From Myxococcota bacterium (lineage in GTDB: Bacteria > Myxococcota_A > UBA9160 > UBA6930): 64,000 bases of DNA. The notes beneath the pieces are model-generated. The model saw nothing but the letters and a program-made list of their open reading frames with translations. It was not told the origin of the DNA and made no database searches. The DNA lies in NCBI GenBank assembly GCA_965223415.1, contig OZ245002.1, positions 704,001 through 768,000 on the forward strand, in the 5' to 3' direction. Each line of letters opens with the position of its first letter. The stretch's first letter is position 1. The position numbers and the translations under genes are program-made. Below, piece after piece: positions 56,420 to 64,000 of the stretch.

Positions 56420-57460
56420 ATGCGGGGCCGAGGCGCAGCGACGAATCCGCCGAACCGCTTCGAGCGGCTGCACTACGTGCCGGGCCCGGGCCGTGCCGAC
56501 GAGGAGATCGATCCGGGCACGGTGTTGATCCGCGATGCGACCCGCAACGTCCTCTCGACGAACACGAGCCCGGACGTCGGCTTCACCACCAGCGTGAACC
56601 CTTACCGGGGCTGCATACACGGGTGCGCCTATTGCTATGCGCGGCCGAACCACGAGTACCTCGGCTTCTCCGCGGGCCTCGACTTCGAGACCCGCATCCT
56701 GGTGAAGGAACGGGCGCCGGAGCTCCTGCGCAGCCGCCTCTCGTTGCCGAGCTGGAAGCCCCAGGTGATCGCCTTCTCGGGAGTCACCGACGCCTATCAA
56801 CCGGCGGAGCGGAGGCTCGAGATCACCCGACGCTGCCTCCGCGTGCTGGTCGATTTCCGCAACCCGGTGGGGATCGTCACGAAGAACTGGCTCGTCACCC
56901 GCGATGCCGACCTGCTGTCCGAGCTCGCGAAGCGGGGGGCAGCCTCCGTCGTGCTCTCGATCACCAGCCTCGACCCGCGGCTGCAGAGCAAGCTCGAGCC
57001 GAAGGCCTCACGGCCGAGCAAGCGCCTCGCCGCCATCAGGCGCCTGGCGGAGGCGGGCGTGCCGGTCGGCGTGAACGTGGCGCCGGTGATCCCCGGACTG
57101 ACGGACCACGAGATCCCCGCCATCGTCGGGGCCGCCGCCGACGCAGGCGCCAGCTTCGCGGGCACGATCCTGCTGCGCTTGCCCCACGGCGTGAAGGATC
57201 TGTTCGCCGAGTGGCTGGATCGGCACGCTCCCGACCGCAAGCAGAAGGTCCTGAACCGCCTGCGCGCGATGCGCGGCGGCAAGCTGTACGAGGCGAGCTT
57301 CGCCACGCGCGGCCGCGGCTCCGGCCTTTTTGCGGACCAGTACCGAGAGCTCTTCGAGCTCGCCTGCCGCCGCCACCACCTCGCCCGCCAAGGCCCCGAA
57401 CTCTCCACCGCCCACTTCCGCAAGAGTGGCGCCACCGAGCAGCTCGATCTCTTCAGCTAG
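56420..57460 (+). CDS. PA0069-family radical SAM protein (spore photoproduct lyase-like)
   Basis: GRGAATNPPNRFE, NPYRGCIHGCAYCYARP, TDAYQPAE, APVIPGLTD, QLDLF. Confidence 0.92.
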   Translation: MRGRGAATNPPNRFERLHYVPGPGRADEEIDPGTVLIRDATRNVLSTNTSPDVGFTTSVNPYRGCIHGCAYCYARPNHEYLGFSAGLDFETRILVKERAPELLRSRLSLPSWKPQVIAFSGVTDAYQPAERRLEITRRCLRVLVDFRNPVGIVTKNWLVTRDADLLSELAKRGAASVVLSITSLDPRLQSKLEPKASRPSKRLAAIRRLAEAGVPVGVNVAPVIPGLTDHEIPAIVGAAADAGASFAGTILLRLPHGVKDLFAEWLDRHAPDRKQKVLNRLRAMRGGKLYEASFATRGRGSGLFADQYRELFELACRRHHLARQGPELSTAHFRKSGATEQLDLFS

Positions 57461-57801
57461 GAAACGTGGTCGTGGCCGTGAGGGCGGGCGGTGAAGGCTT
57501 CGACGCGCTGGTCCAGCTCGGAGGGCGCGCAGAGGTGGCGCTCGGCGAGGAGGGACTCGAGGGCGGTCATCCAGCAGCGGTAGTAGGGGTAGGGCTCGCT
57601 GGTCTCGCGGCGCTCCCAGTCGGCGATCGCGGCGATCAGGCGCTGCTGGAACTCGGGCCAGGGGAAGACGCCCTGCTCGTGGAGCGCCATCGTCACGCCG
57701 AACAGGCGGCTCTCCCAGGGAGCCTCGAACACGAGCTCGCCGTTGGCGCGGGGCGGTGCACCCGGGCCGTCGACGGGAAGGAGCGAATCGGACCGGGTCA
57801 C
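57457..57801 (-). CDS. Nitrile hydratase accessory/activator protein (P14K/NhlE-like)
   Basis: [30 protein letters not shown], His-rich end HGHDH; GTGA overlap with the alpha subunit. Confidence 0.9.
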   Translation of the reverse strand: MTRSDSLLPVDGPGAPPRANGELVFEAPWESRLFGVTMALHEQGVFPWPEFQQRLIAAIADWERRETSEPYPYYRCWMTALESLLAERHLCAPSELDQRVEAFTARPHGHDHVS

Positions 57802-58376
57802 GCCGGCGCCTCCGGCAGCGCGACGCCGATCATCGCGTCCCGGGTGACGAGGGCGGCGAGGGCCTCCTCGTCGAGCCCCTCGCTGCCGGCGGGCCGCTCG
57901 GGCAGCACCAGATAGCGGATCTCCGCGCTCGAGTCCCACACCCGGATCTCCACGTCCGCGGGCACCTCGAGGCCCATCTCCGCGAGCACCACCCGCGGCT
58001 CGCGCACCACCCGGGACCGGTACGCCGGCGCCTTGTACCAGGCCGGCGGCAGCCCGAGGACCGGCCACGGGTAGCAGGAGCACAGGGTGCACACGACGAC
58101 GTTGTGCACGCCCGGCTCGTTGGGCACGACCACGAGGTGCTCGCCCTGGGGTCCGCCCAGGCCCAGCTCGGCCACGGCGGCGGTGCCGTCCGCGAGCAGG
58201 CGCTCCCGGTAGGCGGGATCGCACCAGGCCCGCGCCACGACGCGCGCTCCGTTCATCGGGCCCACATCCTGCTCGTAGTAACGAATCAGCCCGTCCACGG
58301 CCTCGCTCGTCACGAGCCCGCGCTCGACGAGCAGGGATTCCAGGGCCTCGGTACGCAGGGCGGGATCGTCGCTCAT
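57798..58376 (-). CDS. nthA: Nitrile hydratase alpha subunit, cobalt type
   Basis: [19 protein letters not shown] (Co-type CTLCSCY), [25 protein letters not shown] overlap with beta. Confidence 0.95.
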   Translation of the reverse strand: MSDDPALRTEALESLLVERGLVTSEAVDGLIRYYEQDVGPMNGARVVARAWCDPAYRERLLADGTAAVAELGLGGPQGEHLVVVPNEPGVHNVVVCTLCSCYPWPVLGLPPAWYKAPAYRSRVVREPRVVLAEMGLEVPADVEIRVWDSSAEIRYLVLPERPAGSEGLDEEALAALVTRDAMIGVALPEAPA

Positions 58377-58960
58377 GCCGGCTCCAGGTAGTCCTCGAAG
58401 AGATCGACGTGCACCGCGACACCGGGCTCGGCGCCCTCTCCGTAGAGCTCCGCCGAGTCGAAGCGCACCGCATAGCAATGTTGGGGGCGCTCCCCTCCGC
58501 CGTGGGCGTGGCTGTCCGGGAACACCCAGGCGGGATGGACCCGCGCGACCGTGCCCCGATGCGCCCGCGCGTAGGAAGGCAGGCGCGTGTGCCCCGGCGG
58601 CTGATGGTTGCGCGTCCGCACCGCGTCCCCGGCAACGAAGCGCGGCGCGCGGCCGATCTCGCGCAGGGCGCGTGCGTTCTCATAGCGGCCCGGCTCGAGC
58701 CCCTGTTCGCGGACCAGGGACTCGACGGCCAGGAGCCAACGCCCGTAGTAGCCCGCCGTCAGGTAGCGGACCGGATCCAGTCGCTCGATCGCGTGGCGGA
58801 AGGCGTCCACGTTCCAACAGCCCGCGGCGAGCAGGAGGGACGCCAGGGCGTTGACCCGGCCCTCCCAGGCCTCGTGGAAGGGCGCGTAGCGCAGGTCCTC
58901 CGGGCCGCGGGCGACGGCCCCGAAGCCCTCCCGGCCGCCCAGGTCGTGGATGCCGTTCAC
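58373..58960 (-). CDS. nthB: Nitrile hydratase beta subunit (short, 195 aa)
   Basis: [57 protein letters not shown]. Confidence 0.93.
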   Translation of the reverse strand: MNGIHDLGGREGFGAVARGPEDLRYAPFHEAWEGRVNALASLLLAAGCWNVDAFRHAIERLDPVRYLTAGYYGRWLLAVESLVREQGLEPGRYENARALREIGRAPRFVAGDAVRTRNHQPPGHTRLPSYARAHRGTVARVHPAWVFPDSHAHGGGERPQHCYAVRFDSAELYGEGAEPGVAVHVDLFEDYLEPA

Positions 58961-59001
58961 GAGTGAAGGCTACCACGGCCGGCGTCGCTACCCTGCGCGC
59001 G

Positions 59002-60729
59002 ATGCGCGGGGAAGAGGAGCTCGAGCGCCTGCTGCGCCGGATCGACGGCCGCGGCTACAAGGCCTACAAGGAGCTCCAGCGCGAGTGCTTCGCCCTCCAG
59101 GGCTTCGAGCTGTTCGTCGACCACGTGCAGGGCGACCCCTTCGCCGCGCCCTCCCGCATGCGCCTGCGCGTGCCGATGGAGACGGCCGGTGTTCCCGGCG
59201 ACCTCTTCGCTGATGCGGTGCGTCGCACGGCCTTCGAGGATTTCGTCGCCCGCGCGGTGGCCGGCGCCATCCGGCGCGAGACCCGCGGGCAGCGCGGCTC
59301 CGGCAAGAGCGGTCGCGTGCAGATCGACGCCGGGGGCCAGCAGATGCTGGAGCGCAGCGCCGTCTCGGTGACCGGGCGCTTCCTCGAGGCGCGCCTCGAG
59401 GTGGGGCTGCCCGCCGCCGGCCGGCGCGTCCTCGGCCGCGAGGCCGAGGCGCTGCTGCTGGACGAGCTGCCGGCCGTCGCCCTGGCGGCGCTGGTCATGC
59501 CGGCACTCTCGGAGGAGGCGGCACGCCGCCACGTCGAGTGCGCCGAGGACCATGCCTCCCTCCAGTCCCAGCTCGAGGGCCTGGGGCTCGTCGCCTTCGT
59601 CGCCGACGGTGCCGTCCTGCCCCGGGAGAGCGGCGCCAGCGACCGTCCACCTCGAACCGAAGCGGTGCCCTTCGCGGCGCCCGACGCCCTCGCCCGCGAG
59701 GTCGAGCTCCCCCACGCCGGGCGGATCCGTGGCCTCGGCGTTCCCGCCGGCGTCACGCTGATCGTCGGCGGCGGCTACCACGGCAAGTCGACCCTGCTTC
59801 GCGCCCTCGAGCGGGCCGTGCACCCCCACGTGCCGGGCGACGGACGCGAGCAGGTCGCGACCCGTCTCTCGGCGGTGAAGATCCGCGCCGAGGACGGCCG
59901 CCGGGTAACCGGCTGCGACATCCACGCCTTCATCGACGACCTGCCGAAAGGCCTCGGCCCCTCCCCCTCCACCCGCTGCTTCGAGAGCGACGACGCCAGC
60001 GGCAGCACCAGCCAGGCCGCCAACATCGTCGAGGCCCTCGAGGCCGGAAGCCGCCTCCTGCTCCTGGACGAGGACACCTCCGCCACCAACTTCATGGTGC
60101 GCGACGCGCGCATGCAGGCCCTCGTCCACCCGGAGCACGAGCCCATCACGCCCTTCGTCGACCGGGTGCGCGAGCTCCACGACCGCCTGGGCGTCTCGAG
60201 CGTCCTGGTGATGGGCGGCTCCGGCGACTACTTCGCCGCCGCCGACACCGTGATCGAGATGCGCGCCTACGTCCCTCGCGACGCCACGGCAGAGGCGAAG
60301 CGCATCGCGGCGGAGTCGCGGGGCGAGGCCCGCCGCAGCGAAGCGGAGAGCCCGCTCGAGGCGCCGCGCCCGCGCGTCCCCGATCGCGCCAGCCTCGACC
60401 CCTCCCGCGGACGCCGCGACGTGAAGATCGACGCCCGCGGCACCGATACCCTGGTGTTCGGGACCACCGAGATCGACCTGCGCGCGGTGGAGCAGCTCCT
60501 CGACCCGAGCCAGACCCGCGCGATCGGCCGGCTCCTGGTCCGGGCGAAGGAGGAGTGGATGGGCCCGCAGGTGACCCTGCCGGAGCTCCTCGATCGCATC
60601 GAGCGCGCCCTCGACGAAGAGGGCCTCGACGGCCTGGGCGACCGGCCCGCGAGCCTCGCCCGTCCCCGTCGCTTCGAGATCGCCGCCGCGCTGAACCGCC
60701 TGCGCACGCTCCGCGTCGATCCGGCCTGA
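59002..60729 (+). CDS. Predicted ABC-class ATPase (PF09818-like)
   Basis: IDGRGYKAYK, DHVQGDPFAAPSR, GGGYHGKST Walker A, IRAEDGR, ASGSTSQAA, LLDEDTSATNFM, AAALNRLR. Confidence 0.9.
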   Translation: MRGEEELERLLRRIDGRGYKAYKELQRECFALQGFELFVDHVQGDPFAAPSRMRLRVPMETAGVPGDLFADAVRRTAFEDFVARAVAGAIRRETRGQRGSGKSGRVQIDAGGQQMLERSAVSVTGRFLEARLEVGLPAAGRRVLGREAEALLLDELPAVALAALVMPALSEEAARRHVECAEDHASLQSQLEGLGLVAFVADGAVLPRESGASDRPPRTEAVPFAAPDALAREVELPHAGRIRGLGVPAGVTLIVGGGYHGKSTLLRALERAVHPHVPGDGREQVATRLSAVKIRAEDGRRVTGCDIHAFIDDLPKGLGPSPSTRCFESDDASGSTSQAANIVEALEAGSRLLLLDEDTSATNFMVRDARMQALVHPEHEPITPFVDRVRELHDRLGVSSVLVMGGSGDYFAAADTVIEMRAYVPRDATAEAKRIAAESRGEARRSEAESPLEAPRPRVPDRASLDPSRGRRDVKIDARGTDTLVFGTTEIDLRAVEQLLDPSQTRAIGRLLVRAKEEWMGPQVTLPELLDRIERALDEEGLDGLGDRPASLARPRRFEIAAALNRLRTLRVDPA

Positions 60730-60730
60730 G

Positions 60731-61384
60731 TCAGGCAGCTTCCTTCGGGACGCGCCCCTCGGTCAGGCACAGGCTGCCCAGCAGCGTCCGGTGCGCCTTG
60801 CGCGCCGACACCTCCACCAGCCCGGCTCGTTCCATCAGGGAGGGCAGCTCCCCGGCGACGTCCTCGTGTCCGTGCTGGTGGGCCTGGAACTTGGCCAGCA
60901 GCCCGTGGAGCCCGTGGCCAGCGGAGCCGAAATCGAGCACGTGGACCGAGCCCGCCGGGCGCAGGATCCGGCGGATCTCCGGAACCGTGGCGCGCACCGC
61001 CGCCGGCGGAAGGTGATGGAACACGAGGGACGAGACGACGCGGTCGAAGGACGCGTCGGGAAAGGGCAGCTCGTCGGCGAAGCCCTGACGCCACTCCACC
61101 TTCGCACCGTTCCGCTCGGCCTTGCGGCGCGCGCGGGCGAGAGCCTTCGGATCCGGGTCCAGCCCGCACACCTCCACCTCCGGCCGCCGGCCCTTCAGCA
61201 GCACGGCCAGGGTGCCGGTCCCGCAGCCGAGGTCGAGCACGCGGTCTCCGGGCCGGGGATCGGCGGCGTCGATCAGGGCGCCCTTGATGTGATCCTCCCC
61301 CATCAGGCGGAGCAGGGGGTCGTAGAGGGGCAGGAGCCAGTCCACTCCGGCGGCGGGGACGAAGGAGCGGGTGGAGTGCGACAT
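60731..61384 (-). CDS. Class I SAM-dependent methyltransferase (UbiE-like)
   Basis: LLPLYD, VLDLGCGTG, LPFPDASFD, SSLVFHHL; start 61384 or 61423. Confidence 0.9.
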   Translation of the reverse strand: MSHSTRSFVPAAGVDWLLPLYDPLLRLMGEDHIKGALIDAADPRPGDRVLDLGCGTGTLAVLLKGRRPEVEVCGLDPDPKALARARRKAERNGAKVEWRQGFADELPFPDASFDRVVSSLVFHHLPPAAVRATVPEIRRILRPAGSVHVLDFGSAGHGLHGLLAKFQAHQHGHEDVAGELPSLMERAGLVEVSARKAHRTLLGSLCLTEGRVPKEAA

Positions 61385-61506
61385 GGGCGGCTCCGGCAGG
61401 CGGGCTGCGGGGGGGCCATCCATTCTACTCTCCCGGCCGGCCCTGGCAGGCCAGCATTTTGGCGCGCCCTATGCCACAATCCGCGCCTCTCGAGAGGAGG
61501 ATCGTC

Positions 61507-62574
61507 GTGAAGCGTCTCGGAATCGTCGTCGCCGTCGTCGCGGCCTTGCTGCTGCTGGCGATGGCCTTCCGCGGACCGCTCTCGATGCGGCTGATGCGGG
61601 CGGGCGCCGCCCGCATCATGACCGCCGACCCGATCGCGGCGCTCCCCGACGGCCTGCACCTCACGCTCTGCGGCGCCGGCAGCCCACTGCCGGACCCGCA
61701 GCGCTCGGGCCCCTGCGTCGGCATCGTCGCTGGCGGCAAGCTGTTCGTGGTGGACGCGGGCTCCGGCGCCTCCCGCAACCTGCAGCGGATGGGCCTGCCC
61801 CAGGCCGCGGTGGAGGCGGTTTTCCTGACCCACTTCCACTCGGACCACATCGACGGCCTCGGTGAGCTGGCGCTCCAGCGCTGGGCCGGCGGCGCGGCCC
61901 GCGAGCCCCTGCCCCTCGTCGGACCGGAGGGCGTCGAGAGCGTGGCCGCCGGCCTGAGGACCGCCTACGAGCTCGATTCGGGCTACCGCATCGCCCACCA
62001 CGGAGAAGACACCATCCCACCGAGCGGCTTCGGCTACGCCGCGCAGCCCTTCGCGACGCCGGCGCCGGGAAGCCCGCGGGTCGTCTGGAACGAGGATGGT
62101 GTGAAGGTGACTGCCTTCCGCGTCGACCACGCCCCCGTGGATCCGGCCGTGGGCTACCGCTTCGACTACGCCGGACGCTCCCTCGTGATCAGCGGGGATA
62201 CCGTCAAGTCGGCGGAGATCGAACGTATGTCCGAGGGCGTCGACCTGCTCGTCCACGAAGCCCTGGCCGCCCATCTCGTCAAGATCATGACCGAGGTCGC
62301 GACCGAAGCCGGCCGCGAGAACATGGCCAAGATCACCGCCGACATCGTCGACTACCACGCCACGCCGGTGGATGCGGCGGAGATCGCGGAGGCCGCCGGC
62401 GCCCGCCACCTGCTCTTCTACCACGTCGTGCCGCCGCTCATCGTGCCAGGCTTGGCGACCGCCTGGCTCGAAGGCGTCGACGACGCCTACTCGGGGGACT
62501 TCACCCTGGGGCGCGACGGGGTGCGGGTCTCCCTGCCCGCCGGCTCGACGGCGATCGAGGTATCCGGCGACTAG
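61507..62574 (+). CDS. MBL-fold metallohydrolase (RNase Z/AtsA-like) with N-terminal membrane anchor
   Basis: LCGAGSP, VDAGSG, THFHSDH, VDH, ISGDT, LVHEA, YH; GTG 61507 with GAGGAGG SD. Confidence 0.9.
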   Translation: MKRLGIVVAVVAALLLLAMAFRGPLSMRLMRAGAARIMTADPIAALPDGLHLTLCGAGSPLPDPQRSGPCVGIVAGGKLFVVDAGSGASRNLQRMGLPQAAVEAVFLTHFHSDHIDGLGELALQRWAGGAAREPLPLVGPEGVESVAAGLRTAYELDSGYRIAHHGEDTIPPSGFGYAAQPFATPAPGSPRVVWNEDGVKVTAFRVDHAPVDPAVGYRFDYAGRSLVISGDTVKSAEIERMSEGVDLLVHEALAAHLVKIMTEVATEAGRENMAKITADIVDYHATPVDAAEIAEAAGARHLLFYHVVPPLIVPGLATAWLEGVDDAYSGDFTLGRDGVRVSLPAGSTAIEVSGD

Positions 62575-64000
62575 GGCGCCTCGGCGATCTCGCTGCCGCC
62601 CGACCCCTCGGCGCCATCCGGCGTGTACCAGATCGGTGACGTCCAGGCGCGCTCCTGCTGGACGTCCTGCATCGGCGAGCCGTAGCAGCCCGAGGGACGG
62701 TCGCTCTCCGGCAGCCCGAGGCAATCCCAGGCCGAATAGCGACAGCTCGGGTTCTCCACGATCCGGGCGTAGTAGACCGCCCGCCGGGTCGGGTCGAAGT
62801 CCGGATCCCGCCACACGCCGCAGAGGAAGTCCTCGCCCGCGCCCTGGGGCTCGCAGGTGTTCGGGTCCACGCTGGCGCCGTTGTCGCCGCCCGCCACGTC
62901 CACCACCCGGTGGTGCAGGCCGCCCTCGTCGCCGACCCAGCCCTTGATGATCTGGATGCGCTGCAGGCGGCCGCCGGGCACCGTCGGGCTGCCGGGATCC
63001 CGCGCGGCCCAGGCAGCGAAGACCGGAGCGTCGCCCTTGCGAGCGGGCAGGTCGCCGCCCATGGGCACGCCGACGCCGTCGGCCGCGACGACGAGATCCG
63101 ATCGCGTGCACAGGTCGTCCGGGTAGTCCCAGCTCGCGAAGAAGCGCGGCCGGATCCGCGGGCCGCTGGTGCCGAACACTTCCTTGCGGCGGATGGCGTC
63201 GAAGACCGCCTCCCGTGAGTTCTCCTCGGCCCACACCCCGACCAGGCCGCCGGGGCCGCCCGCGATGTTGCCCATCACGCCGGCCTCGGTGGAGAGGCGC
63301 CGGTCCGGGCCGGCGTCGGCGATCCCCAGGTGGCCGGCCCAACCCTTCTCCTGGACGCCGCCGCCCATGGCGTTGTGGGTGTCGGTGCTCGCCAAGATGC
63401 CCATCTTGAACGGGTTCGCCCCGATGCGGGCCTCCTCCGCCAGGCCCAGAGTGAGCGCGTAACGCACGTAGCTACCACGGGAGAGACAGCTCGGCCCCAG
63501 GTGCGGCACCCAGTCCGCGAGCGGCCCGTCGTAGCACTCGCCGGGCTGGCCGCCGCCGAAGCGCCCGAAGGCCATCGACTCGAACTTCTCGAAGTCACAG
63601 AGCTCGTCGTCCGTGTCGAGCACACCGGGAACGCCGCGCCGGCACTCGGAATCGCCCTTGTGCTGCATGATCTCCACGACCGGCTCCATGACGGCGCGCA
63701 GCTCCGCGCGGGCGCGCTGCTCCTCCAGGCTCCCGGCACCCGGGTAGTCCACGGCGAACATGCGTCCGTTGCTGATGTTCGAGTTGTGGGGGATCGCCAG
63801 GGCGGCGCAGCCGGTGCCGGAATCGTTGCAGGCCTCCTTCAGCACCCGCCACAGCTCCCACTCCCGCTGGGTCTCCAGGTAGCTGACGGGGCGCTGCGGC
63901 ACGGCGCGGCCCCGGAAGATCACGTTGCGGTGGAGGTTCGAGCCCAGCCGGTGGGAGCTGTACTCGTAGGCGATGAAGGTGGTGCGCTCGCAGGCCGCCG
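62571..64000 (-). CDS. DUF3604 domain protein (5' part outside the window)
   Basis: AYEYS...NLHRNVIFR, IPHNSNISNG, EIMQHKGDSEC, STDTHN, FGTSGPRI, YYARIVENP, QERAWTSPIWY. Confidence 0.9.
   Translation of the reverse strand, partial: AACERTTFIAYEYSSHRLGSNLHRNVIFRGRAVPQRPVSYLETQREWELWRVLKEACNDSGTGCAALAIPHNSNISNGRMFAVDYPGAGSLEEQRARAELRAVMEPVVEIMQHKGDSECRRGVPGVLDTDDELCDFEKFESMAFGRFGGGQPGECYDGPLADWVPHLGPSCLSRGSYVRYALTLGLAEEARIGANPFKMGILASTDTHNAMGGGVQEKGWAGHLGIADAGPDRRLSTEAGVMGNIAGGPGGLVGVWAEENSREAVFDAIRRKEVFGTSGPRIRPRFFASWDYPDDLCTRSDLVVAADGVGVPMGGDLPARKGDAPVFAAWAARDPGSPTVPGGRLQRIQIIKGWVGDEGGLHHRVVDVAGGDNGASVDPNTCEPQGAGEDFLCGVWRDPDFDPTRRAVYYARIVENPSCRYSAWDCLGLPESDRPSGCYGSPMQDVQQERAWTSPIWYTPDGAEGSGGSEIAEAP

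Noticed and set aside
56420..58960. Radical SAM gene next to NHase-like genes as an NHLP/proteusin RiPP cluster
   Set aside because: The alpha subunit retains the full CTLCSC metal site with beta and activator, so it is a true NHase; the radical SAM is PA0069/SPL-like, convergent and lacks SPASM/RRE features

Overview
Very GC-rich, gene-dense bacterial chromosomal segment with about 55 CDS. I found no rRNA, tRNA, CRISPR array, prophage or transposase. The gene content (two DUF3604 proteins, three DUF4097/Toastrack proteins, a PEP-CTERM protein, a class GN sortase with its VIT-vWA target, WS/DGAT, HDOD, GGDEF-EAL) suggests an uncultured Myxococcota-like organism; this is inference only. Recognisable housekeeping and metabolic genes include purC, lysA, eukaryote-type UGPase, plsB, tag, iaaA, M1/M18/M20 peptidases and a Co-type nitrile hydratase beta-alpha-activator operon. 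Five things stand out. (1) Two unrelated secreted proteases end in the same CGLGxEL-hydrophobic-basic tail, a candidate new C-terminal protein-sorting signal alongside PEP-CTERM and sortase signals. (2) The two separate DUF4097 loci share a sigma54 -24/-12 promoter at identical spacing from the ATG plus the same YGCAG-N8-CTGCR palindromic upstream site, a candidate envelope-stress regulon. (3) A family of ~95-bp REPIN-like palindromes with a conserved GGGACGTTCC core and co-varying stems sits between convergent genes and rewrites protein C-termini. (4) Leaderless-promoter architecture (TANNNT + 6-9 nt + start codon) is pervasive. (5) Several genes are damaged or oddly encoded: a frameshifted LVIVD lipoprotein, an internally deleted SDR, and a GNAT with a probable CTG start and no proper stop. 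Many starts below were re-called by eye from the ORF track; family names come from motif recognition, not database searches.
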